Of a stretch of 64,000 bases of DNA, positions 1-10,759 are shown one piece after another. The stretch covers positions 2,754-66,753 of the forward strand of contig JAFVNW010000009.1 of the NCBI GenBank assembly GCA_017506175.1, read 5' to 3'. Position numbers and translations under genes: made by a program. Below the pieces are notes generated by a model. That model ran no database searches, was not told the DNA's origin, and was given only the letters and a program-made list of their open reading frames with translations. This stretch comes from Bacteroidales bacterium. GTDB lineage: Bacteria; Bacteroidota; Bacteroidia; Bacteroidales; WCHB1-69. Every line of letters starts with the position of its first letter. The stretch's first letter is position 1.

Positions 1-503
1 TCGTAATAACTGATGGAGGTGATGTCCCCCACTTCACCAATTTCTTCCGCGGTGTAAATCTGCTCGCTCATCGCATAAGCTCTGTAGATATAAGATGGCA
101 GATTGTAATTGGTGGAGGTGCCGGAACCGATGACCACATAGCCAGACTCGTCCTCTTCTACACAATATGGCGTAACCGTAAAGGTTTGACCATTTGAAGG
201 AGATGATGCCGAATAAACCACATTCCCATCGGGATCCAGAATGCTATAGGAGACCTCGCTGTCCCAAGAGCCGGAAGTCCATACGAAAGATGCCGAAACG
301 CCATGGGTTAAGGTGACTGCCGCGGTTGTGGAACTGCCAGAACAGGTATATGTAGTACCATTGACAGTTATATAACCACCATTCCATCCATCACCATAAG
401 AGTCATGCATCTGTATGGTATAGACGCATTGCGCTTGAAGTTTTTCGCCTAAAAAGGCAAGCAACATAGCAGATAAGAAGAAAATAGATAAAGCTCGTTT
501 CAT
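1..503 (-). CDS. Secreted protein, N-terminal fragment (gene continues beyond window start); signal peptide followed by a DSYGDGWNGG-motif module
   Basis: Hand translation of the minus strand from the ATG at 503 gives MKRALSIFFLSAMLLAFLGEKLQAQCVYTIQMHDSYGDGWNGGYITVNGTTYTC... The frame was checked codon by codon and is open down to position 3. It is absent from the ORF track only because it is truncated. Family not recognised. Confidence 0.6.
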   Translation of the reverse strand, partial: MKRALSIFFLSAMLLAFLGEKLQAQCVYTIQMHDSYGDGWNGGYITVNGTTYTCSGSSTTAAVTLTHGVSASFVWTSGSWDSEVSYSILDPDGNVVYSASSPSNGQTFTVTPYCVEEDESGYVVIGSGTSTNYNLPSYIYRAYAMSEQIYTAEEIGEVGDITSISYY

Positions 504-890
504 AAGCACTTTGTTTTATTTATTTATTTTATCGTTATTATACATTTTTATTACACAAAGTGTATTAATTCATTAATTATATGAATTTGTATATTTTTTG
601 AAACAAATTTGATAAATTTCAGCTTTTCCATTGTGATGGAACCAACATAGCCACAAACATAAATTTCACAATATCAATACTTTAATAAAAATACTACTCC
701 TTTACACTCCCATCCAAAAATCCAAGGCAATATACAAATATTATTCGCATATTCACTAATTTTTGTCACAAAGCGAGATTTTTTTATCAACTTATCAACA
801 ATAAGTTGATAAAAACCAATGTTGAAAACCCATGTTTTTTGTTACAAACAATTTATAACAAGTTATCAACAATGCTTCAGGCAAAGACAT

Positions 891-930
891 AGAAAAAGTG
901 CTTTGGCGTGGCCGCCAAAGCACTTTTTCT
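891..930 (-). terminator. Perfect 18-bp-stem hairpin, likely intrinsic terminator downstream of ansA
   Basis: AGAAAAAGTGCTTTGGCG (891-908), loop tggc, CGCCAAAGCACTTTTTCT (913-930). It lies about 130 nt past the ansA stop. The stem ends are T/A-rich in both orientations. Confidence 0.6.
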
Positions 931-1062
931 ATAACAAAACTATCGGCTTTTGATTATCCTTTACACAGCGGACGGTGAACCCGATGAAGAAGAGGCCCCC
1001 CGTTCATCTTAGTTTCCCTGTATCAATCTTACATCCGTATCGCAAGCCATCCCGGATTCCAC

Positions 1063-2094
1063 TCAAACGGTCATTTCACCGCAAAGGGAGATTTTCATCC
1101 TATCCATAATGTCTTGAGGATCAACATAATTTCCCAAAAGGTGCATCAATTTGGTAACGGCGGTTTCTATGGTCATATCATAGCCGCTGAGTACACCAGC
1201 CTTCTGCAGGTTTAAGCTCGTCTCATAAAGCCCCATCTCCACCCTGCCGATTTGGCATTGGGACACGTTCACCACCACGATGCCTGCATCGGTCCCTTTT
1301 TTGAGTGCATCGTAAAGCCAGGGCGCACTCGGGGCGTTGCCCGCACCAAAGCTCTTGAGAACCACCGCACGCAACTTCGGAATTCTGAACACCATCTCCA
1401 CCACGTCAGGCCGGATGCCGGGGAAAAGCGTCAATACAACCAGGTTGTTGTCGAATTTTGTGTTAACGACCAGCGGCTTGTCGGTTTCGTCGTGCATGAT
1501 GTGGACGGGTGCATATTTGATATGCACGCCCGACTTGGCAAGGTCGGGGTAATTGTAGGAGTAGAAAGCGTTGAAGAACTCCGTGCTTTTCTTGGTCGTG
1601 CGGTTGCCACGCATCAGGGCATCCTCGAAAAAGACCGCAACCTCTGGCACGATAGGCTTTCCTTCCTTCTTTGCGGCAGCAATCTCAATGGCGTTCATCA
1701 CATTCTCCTTGGCATCGCTTCGCAACACGCCGAGCGGCAGCTGCGCCCCCGTGAAAATCACTGGTTTGCGAAGATGGCGGAACATAAAGCTGACCGCCGA
1801 GGCAGAATAAGCCATCGTGTCGGTGCCGTGCAAAACGACGAAACCATCATATTTATCATAGTTATCCCGGATGGTTTCCGCGATTTTCACCCAAAATGAG
1901 GGTTCCACATCGGAGGAATCAATCATCGGGTCGAAAGAGACGCTGGATACATTGACCGGCAGCATCTCCAGCTCAGGAATCAGCTTCAGCATCCGCTCCT
2001 TGTCAAGCGGAGCGAGCGCGCCTGTCTTCGGGCTTTCGCCCATGCTGATCGTTCCGCCAGTGAGGATGAGCAGAACCGAAGTGTCGTATTTCAT
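1063..2094 (-). CDS. ansA: L-asparaginase, type I (cytoplasmic)
   Basis: 343 aa. N-terminal LILTGGTISM (catalytic Thr motif) and HGTDTM motif. Size fits type I asparaginase. Confidence 0.85.
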   Translation of the reverse strand: MKYDTSVLLILTGGTISMGESPKTGALAPLDKERMLKLIPELEMLPVNVSSVSFDPMIDSSDVEPSFWVKIAETIRDNYDKYDGFVVLHGTDTMAYSASAVSFMFRHLRKPVIFTGAQLPLGVLRSDAKENVMNAIEIAAAKKEGKPIVPEVAVFFEDALMRGNRTTKKSTEFFNAFYSYNYPDLAKSGVHIKYAPVHIMHDETDKPLVVNTKFDNNLVVLTLFPGIRPDVVEMVFRIPKLRAVVLKSFGAGNAPSAPWLYDALKKGTDAGIVVVNVSQCQIGRVEMGLYETSLNLQKAGVLSGYDMTIETAVTKLMHLLGNYVDPQDIMDRMKISLCGEMTV

Positions 2095-2216
2095 AATGTA
2101 AGTTCCAAGGGTTATTGACGGGGAAATAGGTATGAGATATGAAACATGAGGTGAGGCGTTTTAGTTATTGGTAAAAACGTCCCACCTCATCCATTATCCA
2201 TCATTTGCACTCGCTG

Positions 2217-3533
<1,317 letters not shown>

Positions 3534-3567
3534 TTATGTAATAAATTTGTTTTATTCAAAGGGTTTG

Positions 3568-3575
3568 CAAAAGTA
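3568..3575 (-). promoter_or_regulatory. Putative Bacteroidota -7 promoter box (TAnnTTTG) for eno
   Basis: The plus strand reads CAAAAGTA, which is TACTTTTG on the minus strand, 56 nt upstream of the eno ATG. Confidence 0.45.
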
Positions 3576-3682
3576 CACTTTTCTGATAAATAATCGTACG
3601 GGAAATATAGATTTTTGTGAATCGTTAGCTGATTTTTCGCCCACGCTTCGTGATTCATTACTTATTAATCATTAGATTTGTG

Positions 3683-3690
3683 TATTTTTG
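3683..3690 (+). promoter_or_regulatory. Putative -7 promoter box (TAnnTTTG) for rfbD
   Basis: TATTTTTG, 23 nt upstream of the ATG at 3713. It sits in the divergent eno/rfbD intergenic region. Confidence 0.4.
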
Positions 3691-3712
3691 CAGCCAAATT
3701 CTTAAAGGCGCA

Positions 3713-4606
3713 ATGAGGCAGAAAAAGATACTCGTGACCGGCGCTAACGGTCAGTTAGGCAAAAGCTTACAGGCGGTTCAACCCATTTTTAGCGACAACT
3801 GCCATTTCGTTTTCACGGATGTTGACTCGCTGGATATCACCGACAAACACGCCCTGATGACAAGAGTGCACAATTTGAAGGCGGACTTCATCGTCAATGC
3901 GGCGGCCTATACGGCAGTTGACAAGGCGGAAAGCGACGTGGAAAAGGCCTATCTCCTTAACGAGACGGCCGTCCGCAACCTCGCGGAAGTCGCTGAAAGC
4001 GAAGGCGCCTTTCTCGTCCATATCTCCACCGACTACGTGTTCGACGGGCACTCATCCCTCCCCTATTCCCCTGATTCCCAGCCTAATCCAACATCCGTTT
4101 ATGGGAAGTCGAAACTGGCAGGCGAACAGGCCATCCTGCAGACAAACTGTCGGGCTGCCATCATCCGCACCCAATGGCTCTATTCCCAATTCGGCAACAA
4201 TTTTGTAAAGACGATGCTCCGCTTGGCCGACTCCAAGCCCGAAATCAAGGTGGTGAACGACCAAGTCGGCTGTCCCACCCTCGCTTTGGACTTGGCTCTA
4301 TTCATTATGGAAGTGGTCAATAACGATTACATTGTAAAGGAGCAGGAAATTTACCACTTCGCCGACCGGGGACAAATCAGCTGGTATGATTTTGCCGTTG
4401 AGATTATGCAGCTCGCCCACAAGAAATGCCCGGTTCTCCCCATTTCCACCCAAGAGTATCCCACTGCCGCCACACGTCCAAACTTTTCCGTTTTCGACTT
4501 GTCTAAAGCGGCCAATGATTTTAACTACATGATTCCGAAATGGAACGAAAGTCTGGAAAAAAGCATTCACAAAATCATCCACAATTACGAGCATAACATA
4601 TTATAA
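3713..4606 (+). CDS. rfbD: dTDP-4-dehydrorhamnose reductase
   Basis: GANGQLG Rossmann motif, STDYVFDG, and VYGKSKLAGE (YxxxK). The start was moved to ATG 3713 because the ORF-track start at 3650 is an upstream GTG. Confidence 0.85.
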   Translation: MRQKKILVTGANGQLGKSLQAVQPIFSDNCHFVFTDVDSLDITDKHALMTRVHNLKADFIVNAAAYTAVDKAESDVEKAYLLNETAVRNLAEVAESEGAFLVHISTDYVFDGHSSLPYSPDSQPNPTSVYGKSKLAGEQAILQTNCRAAIIRTQWLYSQFGNNFVKTMLRLADSKPEIKVVNDQVGCPTLALDLALFIMEVVNNDYIVKEQEIYHFADRGQISWYDFAVEIMQLAHKKCPVLPISTQEYPTAATRPNFSVFDLSKAANDFNYMIPKWNESLEKSIHKIIHNYEHNIL

Positions 4607-4625
4607 ACACAAAAAAAAGATAGTT

Positions 4626-5264
4626 ATGAAAAGGGTTATTCTGACATTCATTTGCGTCTGCGCGATGACTTTGCAGGCCCAGACGACAGACGGCGGAGCC
4701 AATTCAATCATGCAAGAGTTGGCCACCCAATACAAAGCTTATACCACTATGCAGATCAATTACACCTACAAGGTTGAAAAGAACAAGGCGGTAACGCAAT
4801 CGCTGACTGGGAAGGCCTATATCAAAGGCAACAAATATCAGATCACCTTTGGAGACCAGATTTTCTATTGCGACGGCGTTTCCCTATGGAACTATCAGAA
4901 ATCCACCAACGAGGTTTCCATCTACACCTACGAAGAGTCCGACGACGATGCGCTGAATCCAGCCAAAATGCTGAAAAACTGGCAAAAGGACTTTACCGCC
5001 AAATTCATCCGTGACGACGTGGAGAAGAGCATTCCCGTGCAAATCATCGACCTGACCCCAAAACAAGGACAAGCTTACTACAAGATTCGTTTGGTCATCG
5101 ACAAAGCGAAGAAGACCATCCTCCGCACCTCCATCTACCAAAAGGACAATGCAATTTACATTTATTATTTCGACAAATTCGTCGCCAACGCCTCCATTGC
5201 CGACAGCACCTTTGTTTTCGACAAGACGAAATTCCCGAAAGTTGAGGTCAATGACATGAGATAA
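4626..5264 (+). CDS. LolA-like outer-membrane lipoprotein carrier family protein (periplasmic)
   Basis: 212 aa with cleavable signal peptide MKRVILTFICVCAMTLQAQ. Overall resemblance to Bacteroidota LolA-like proteins (GKAYIKGNKYQITFGDQIFYCDGVSLWNY). Assigned by recollection only. Confidence 0.55.
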   Translation: MKRVILTFICVCAMTLQAQTTDGGANSIMQELATQYKAYTTMQINYTYKVEKNKAVTQSLTGKAYIKGNKYQITFGDQIFYCDGVSLWNYQKSTNEVSIYTYEESDDDALNPAKMLKNWQKDFTAKFIRDDVEKSIPVQIIDLTPKQGQAYYKIRLVIDKAKKTILRTSIYQKDNAIYIYYFDKFVANASIADSTFVFDKTKFPKVEVNDMR

Positions 5265-5265
5265 A

Positions 5266-7719
5266 ATGCGCACAAACGGACTTCTACTGATTCTAATCCT
5301 ACTCCTGCTGACCGGCTGCAATCCTTCGCGATTCTTGGCGGACGATCAGTATATGCTGACCAAGAACACCGTCAAGGTCGTCGATAAAAAGCACACTACC
5401 GAATTTGACAACCTCGTCTATACTGTTCGGCCCATCACCAACAAAAAATTCCTGGAGGTATTCCCCATCAAGGCGAACCGTTATGTGAACCATCTTCCGG
5501 TGACTGATTCCTTGGGCAATGTCATCAAAGACACCAAATGGATGCAGAAGATGCGCAACTCCGGTGAGGAGCCTGTCCTGCTCGACACCTCTATGATTAG
5601 TTACTCGCTCGACCAAATCAACATTGCGATGAAGAACATGGGATACTTCAACGCACACATCTGGCCGACAGTCAAGTACAAGGGGCCGACAAAGCTCCAC
5701 CCCAAACGGCACAAAGCCGAAGTGGTTTATAATGTGGAAGCGGGGAAAGCCTACTACATCCGCGACATTCAATACCACATAGATATTTATGAGTATAAAC
5801 GCATCATTCTCAAAGACACCGTCAACACTCTGCTCAAACGCGGTGCAAAATACAACGCCGACCTTCTCTTGTCGGAACGTGACAGAATGGTTACCAACAT
5901 CCGCGACAATGGCTATTACTACGTAAGCAACGACATCATCTCCTTCAAAATCGACACCCTCAATTCCTTCAAAAGGCTCAACAAGAATAACGACCGTACG
6001 CTCGTCGTACACATTTTCATCAATTTCTCGCGGATTACCGACCCCGACATCAAAGCGAGACATGCGTACAAGTACTACTTCCGCAACGTAACCATCTATC
6101 CGAATTACGCCGTACAGACCGACTCCACCTATGCCAAACATTTACAGTGGATTAACTACCATAACAGAAACGACGTGAAGACCACCTACCGCATCTGCAA
6201 AATTGACGAAGCGGTCATTCCAAGAAAAGCCAAAGACAAGCCGGTCAAGGACATCCGCCCTAGAATACTGACCGACAATATTTTAACTCAAAACGGCGAA
6301 ATCTACTCACAGACGCTGATTTCCCATTCCAGAAAAAAGCTGAACGACCTTCGTAATTTCAACTACATAGACATCGGAGTGGTAGAGAATCTTTCAAAGC
6401 GCGACACCATCAACAAAATCGGCTACCTCGACACCTATTACCGCCTTACCCGCAACAAATTGCATTCATTGGCCGCCGAGTTCGACGCCCGAAGCGACAA
6501 GACGAGCCTGTCGCTCACCTACACGAACCGGAATCTGTTTCGCAGTGCAGAACTCTTCAGTGTCAACGTTTATGGAAGTTTGGGCTTCCGAATCCGTACC
6601 AAGAGCAGTGAGCAAAGTGCCGGTTTCATTTTGGAGAGCCAGGAAGTGGGTGCGGAGGCATCATTGGATCTCCGCCGCCTACTGTTTTTCCGCAAGGTGC
6701 AGAAAATCACCGCCATCAACTACGGAACCGCCATCAAATTGGGCGTTCACTACGAAAACAGCTACCTCTATGAACGTGTCATCTCCAACTTCAGCTTGGT
6801 ATATACCCTCGCGCACACTTACAACCTCACGCACACCATCACCCCCATCAGTTTGAGTGTTGTCAAAATCTCACCCAAAGGGGAGGAATTCGAGGAGGTG
6901 ATGTCACGCTATTCCAAGGACTTCCGTGCAAAATATCAGGACAACTTCCTCCTCTCCTTCAAGTACGGACTCACCTACACCCACCCCTGCAAGGACATCC
7001 GAAACTCATTGATTATCAGATTCAAAGCAGAATCATCCGGAATGTTACTCTCCGCCATCTGCAATTTGGCCAAGACCCATGTGGATGAATACGGGCATCA
7101 CACCATCGGCAGCATCAGCTTCGGTAATTTTGAGTTGGCTGAGATGGATTTGCGTTTCACGCATATCATCAACAAGAACAACTCCGTTGCCACCCGTTTC
7201 AACTTCGGGCTGGGCATTCCGATATGGAATTCCAACACACTGCCTTTTGAAAAGAGCTTCTACTTGGGCGGATCGAACAGTATGCGAGCGTGGGAGTACC
7301 GCTCACTCGGCCCCGGCTCCTATTACGCTGGAAAGGAGGAGGGCATCCGCACCGATATCCGCACCGGCGATGTCAAGTTGGAGATGAACCTCGAATACCG
7401 CGGCACAATCTACAAATTCGTCAAATTCGGTGTCTTTGCCGATGCCGGCAACATCTGGCTATCGCATAAGGATGCAGAGATGCCGAATGCCGAGTTCAAC
7501 TTCCGCCGCTTCTACAAGGAAATTGCCTTGGGAGTAGGCGCCGGAATCCGCATCGATTTTGGGTTCTTCCTCATCCGCCTCGATTTGGCGGTACCGATTT
7601 ACGATCCGAGCAGCGCCCCCGGAAACAACTGGATATCATACAAATACGATCCTGATCTGGGAGAAAAAGCACTCAACAAATCACTCAATTTCATCTTCGG
7701 TATCGGTCATGCTTTCTAA
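5266..7719 (+). CDS. Omp85/BamA-TamA family outer-membrane barrel, lipoprotein type (TamL-like)
   Basis: 817 aa. Lipobox LLLLTGC at the N-terminus. C-terminal surface-antigen barrel (YLGGSNSMRAWEYRSLGPG; terminal ...GIGHAF ends in the aromatic beta-signal). Confidence 0.65.
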   Translation: MRTNGLLLILILLLLTGCNPSRFLADDQYMLTKNTVKVVDKKHTTEFDNLVYTVRPITNKKFLEVFPIKANRYVNHLPVTDSLGNVIKDTKWMQKMRNSGEEPVLLDTSMISYSLDQINIAMKNMGYFNAHIWPTVKYKGPTKLHPKRHKAEVVYNVEAGKAYYIRDIQYHIDIYEYKRIILKDTVNTLLKRGAKYNADLLLSERDRMVTNIRDNGYYYVSNDIISFKIDTLNSFKRLNKNNDRTLVVHIFINFSRITDPDIKARHAYKYYFRNVTIYPNYAVQTDSTYAKHLQWINYHNRNDVKTTYRICKIDEAVIPRKAKDKPVKDIRPRILTDNILTQNGEIYSQTLISHSRKKLNDLRNFNYIDIGVVENLSKRDTINKIGYLDTYYRLTRNKLHSLAAEFDARSDKTSLSLTYTNRNLFRSAELFSVNVYGSLGFRIRTKSSEQSAGFILESQEVGAEASLDLRRLLFFRKVQKITAINYGTAIKLGVHYENSYLYERVISNFSLVYTLAHTYNLTHTITPISLSVVKISPKGEEFEEVMSRYSKDFRAKYQDNFLLSFKYGLTYTHPCKDIRNSLIIRFKAESSGMLLSAICNLAKTHVDEYGHHTIGSISFGNFELAEMDLRFTHIINKNNSVATRFNFGLGIPIWNSNTLPFEKSFYLGGSNSMRAWEYRSLGPGSYYAGKEEGIRTDIRTGDVKLEMNLEYRGTIYKFVKFGVFADAGNIWLSHKDAEMPNAEFNFRRFYKEIALGVGAGIRIDFGFFLIRLDLAVPIYDPSSAPGNNWISYKYDPDLGEKALNKSLNFIFGIGHAF

Positions 7720-9136
7720 CCAACAATTCTCAGGACTATTTCGTCAACAGATCCCGTTTTCACTCACCCCAACCCAAGAGCAAGCGTTGACAGCGCTCTC
7801 AGATTTCATCTGCCATCCTTCTCAGAATCAATTGTTTATACTCAACGGCTATGCGGGAACCGGTAAAACGACACTGGTGAGTGCGCTTGTGCGCACGCTC
7901 AAAGTCATCCGCAAGAACTGCATTCTGCTGGCACCAACCGGCCGCTCGGCGAAGGTTTTCTCCGCTTATTCGGGCCAGAAAGCCTATACCATTCATAAAT
8001 GCCTCTATTACACCAAGATGCAGGATGGGATGCGCGAATTCTCCCGCCGCCCCAACCGACTATGCAACACCGTTTTCATCGTTGATGAAGCCTCTATGAT
8101 TGCCGATGGAGCGGGCGATTCTCCACTTTTCGGCAGCCGAAGCCTGATGGACGACCTCTTTTCCTACATTTTCGAAGGGCAGGGTTGTCAATTGCTGCTG
8201 GTGGGCGATGATGCCCAACTCCCTCCCGTGCATTGTGAAGAGAGTCCGGCACTCTCCATCGACTACATCAAACGGAACTTCGATCTGAATGCCCGCTGCG
8301 CCACCCTTACCGATGTAACACGTCAGACACTGGATTCCGGCATCTTGCACAATGCTTCTCGGCTGAGATATAAAATGCAGCAGGCGGACTTTTCGTTCCC
8401 CATTTTTTCCCCACCCCAATTTCCTGACTGCCGAAGAGTGAACGGAGAAGATTTGGAAGAGCTCCTCTGCACATTGTACAATCAACACGAGACAGAAGAC
8501 ATCGTAGTTGTAACCTATTCTAATAAAAGAGCTTACGTTTACAATCAGGAGATTCGGCACCGGATTTTGTACAAAGAGGAATTGATTTCCTCCGGGGATT
8601 TCGTCATCGCAGTGAAGAACAACTATTTTTGGATAAAGGATGATGCAGAAGTAGGATTCCTTGCCAATGGCGACAACATGGAGATCCTGTCAATCAACAA
8701 GATACAGGAATTATACGGATTTCATTTCGCTGATGTAACCGTACGTCTGTGCGACTACCCCAATCACGACAACATCGACATCAAAATCATTCTTGAGAGT
8801 TTGGACAGCGAGGGAGCTGCTTTGAGCAACGAACAGAACACATTGTTATACAATGAAATAAGCAAAGATTATGAAGACATTGCCACACAAAAGGAGCGTC
8901 AGCAGAAAATGCGGAACGACCCTTTCCTGAATGCCGTACAGGTGAAATTCTCCTACGCGCTGACCTGTCATAAAACACAGGGCGGGCAGTGGCCAGTCGT
9001 GCTTCTCGACCAAGGCATCGTCAAAGACGGGATTCTAACGAAATCCTACTTCCGCTGGCTTTACACAGCATTGACCCGCGCCACCCGGCAAGTTTTTCTC
9101 ATCAATTTTGCCGACACCTTCTTTGAAAATGAGTAA
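7709..9136 (+). CDS. RecD-like / SF1 ATP-dependent DNA helicase
   Basis: Walker A GYAGTGKTT, Walker B FIVDEASM, C-terminal LTCHKTQGGQW and YTALTRA motifs. Start set to ATG 7709 (MLSNQQ...), which overlaps the preceding stop by 11 nt. Confidence 0.8.
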   Translation: MLSNQQFSGLFRQQIPFSLTPTQEQALTALSDFICHPSQNQLFILNGYAGTGKTTLVSALVRTLKVIRKNCILLAPTGRSAKVFSAYSGQKAYTIHKCLYYTKMQDGMREFSRRPNRLCNTVFIVDEASMIADGAGDSPLFGSRSLMDDLFSYIFEGQGCQLLLVGDDAQLPPVHCEESPALSIDYIKRNFDLNARCATLTDVTRQTLDSGILHNASRLRYKMQQADFSFPIFSPPQFPDCRRVNGEDLEELLCTLYNQHETEDIVVVTYSNKRAYVYNQEIRHRILYKEELISSGDFVIAVKNNYFWIKDDAEVGFLANGDNMEILSINKIQELYGFHFADVTVRLCDYPNHDNIDIKIILESLDSEGAALSNEQNTLLYNEISKDYEDIATQKERQQKMRNDPFLNAVQVKFSYALTCHKTQGGQWPVVLLDQGIVKDGILTKSYFRWLYTALTRATRQVFLINFADTFFENE

Positions 9137-9153
9137 ATCCGCATTTTTTTTTG

Positions 9154-9161
9154 TACTTTTG
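9154..9161 (+). promoter_or_regulatory. Putative -7 promoter box (TAnnTTTG) for ribE
   Basis: TACTTTTG, 32 nt upstream of the ribE ATG. Confidence 0.45.
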
Positions 9162-9192
9162 CCCATTATTTTTAAATTAAAATACGCACACA

Positions 9193-9798
9193 ATGTTTAC
9201 AGGAATTGTTGAAAAAACCGGCAGAATCGTAAAAATCGAGAAAGAAAACACCAATTATCATTTCACAATCGAGGTTGATTTTGCGGATGAATTGAGTATA
9301 GACCAAAGTATGGCGCACGACGGCTGTTGCCTTACAGTTGTCAAAGTGGATAAAGCCAAGAAACAGTATGTAGTCACGGCCATGGATGAAACCATGCTGA
9401 AGACCAACCTCAAGAATTGGGAGGTCGGCTACGAAGTGAACCTTGAGCGAAGCATGAGAATGGACGGCCGATTCGACGGACACATTGTGCAGGGGCATGT
9501 GGATCAAACCGCAACCTGCGAAAAAGTGGTGGACGACAATGGAAGTTGGCGTTATTACTTCAGTTATGACGTAAAAGACCGGAACATTACAGTTCCCAAA
9601 GGCTCCATTTCCGTCAATGGCGTCAGTCTGACGGTTGTAGATTCCGACAAAGGTAGTTTTTCCGTCGCCATCATCCCCTATACCCATAAAGTCACCAATT
9701 TCCACAATTTCAAACCCGGCACGGTGGTCAACATCGAGTTCGACGTGTTCGGCAAATATGTTCAGCGCCTGCTGGAACAATATATGGAAGCGAAATAA
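9193..9798 (+). CDS. ribE: Riboflavin synthase (alpha chain)
   Basis: 201 aa. MFTGIVE N-terminus and duplicated lumazine-binding halves. Confidence 0.9.
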   Translation: MFTGIVEKTGRIVKIEKENTNYHFTIEVDFADELSIDQSMAHDGCCLTVVKVDKAKKQYVVTAMDETMLKTNLKNWEVGYEVNLERSMRMDGRFDGHIVQGHVDQTATCEKVVDDNGSWRYYFSYDVKDRNITVPKGSISVNGVSLTVVDSDKGSFSVAIIPYTHKVTNFHNFKPGTVVNIEFDVFGKYVQRLLEQYMEAK

Positions 9799-9826
9799 AA
9801 GTTGGAAGTATAAATTAAACAATATC

Positions 9827-10753
9827 ATGGAATACGCAATTGGAATAGACATCGGAGGTACAAACACCGACATTGGCTTAGTGAATGAGAAAGGGCAATG
9901 CGTCGCACGCAAGAATCTGCCGACCGCCCAATACAAAGAGGTGGAAAAATATGTGGATGATATTGCGGATGCCATTCGGCATCTGCTATCAGAAAACGAT
10001 GTCAACGACATCGCCGGAATAGGGATTGGCGCGCCGAACGGCAACTACTATACAGGCACCATCGACTTTGCACCGAACCTTCCGTTCAAAGGCCGGATTT
10101 TCCTGAAAGACATGATACAGCAGCGCCTGAACACCAAGGTTGTGCTTTCGAATGACGCCAACGCAGCCGCATACGGAGAAAAAATTTACGGCGGCGCCAA
10201 AGAGATGGACGATTTCATCCTGATCACTTTGGGAACTGGCGTGGGAAGCGGCATTTTTGTGAACGGACAGATGGTGTATGGGCACGACGGTTTTGCCGGA
10301 GAACTCGGACACGCCACTTTGATTGTTGGTGGACGCCCGTGTACCTGCGGCAGGAGAGGTTGTTTGGAAGAGTACGCCTCCGCTCGCGGTATCGTACAGA
10401 CATACAACGAATTATGTGCAGAAAACGGCAAAACTCCCATTCCGGATGTCACTTGCAAAGACCTAACCGCAGCAGCGGACAACGGAGACGAAATGGCTAT
10501 CGGCACATGGAAGAAAACCGCTGAACTTTTGGGAATCGCGCTGTCAAATGCGGTCACTTTTTCTTCACCGGAGGCTATCTTCCTAATGGGCGGGCCTGTA
10601 AGAGCAGGCAATTGGCTTCTTGAACCTCTCAAACTCGCTTTTGAAGCCAATATGCTCAATATTTTCAAGGGCAAGGTCAAGATTCTCACTTCCGAACTCC
10701 CGCAAAACGATGTCGCCATTCTGGGCGCATCGGCATTGGTATATGAGAGATAA
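9827..10753 (+). CDS. ROK family sugar kinase (glucokinase-like)
   Basis: IGIDIGGTNTD ATP-binding motif and ROK zinc motif CTCGRRGCLEEY. Start set to ATG 9827. Confidence 0.85.
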   Translation: MEYAIGIDIGGTNTDIGLVNEKGQCVARKNLPTAQYKEVEKYVDDIADAIRHLLSENDVNDIAGIGIGAPNGNYYTGTIDFAPNLPFKGRIFLKDMIQQRLNTKVVLSNDANAAAYGEKIYGGAKEMDDFILITLGTGVGSGIFVNGQMVYGHDGFAGELGHATLIVGGRPCTCGRRGCLEEYASARGIVQTYNELCAENGKTPIPDVTCKDLTAAADNGDEMAIGTWKKTAELLGIALSNAVTFSSPEAIFLMGGPVRAGNWLLEPLKLAFEANMLNIFKGKVKILTSELPQNDVAILGASALVYER

Positions 10754-10759
10754 TTGCAG

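Noticed and set aside
7559-7708. N-terminal extensions offered by the ORF track: helicase 7559, rfbD 3650, ROK kinase 9758, dgt 10754, DUF5683 42026, pheT 46109, MlaD-like 18781, apbE 62608
   Set aside because: The extensions overlap upstream genes or terminators, or start at GTG/TTG. In each case a downstream ATG gives the canonical family N-terminus.
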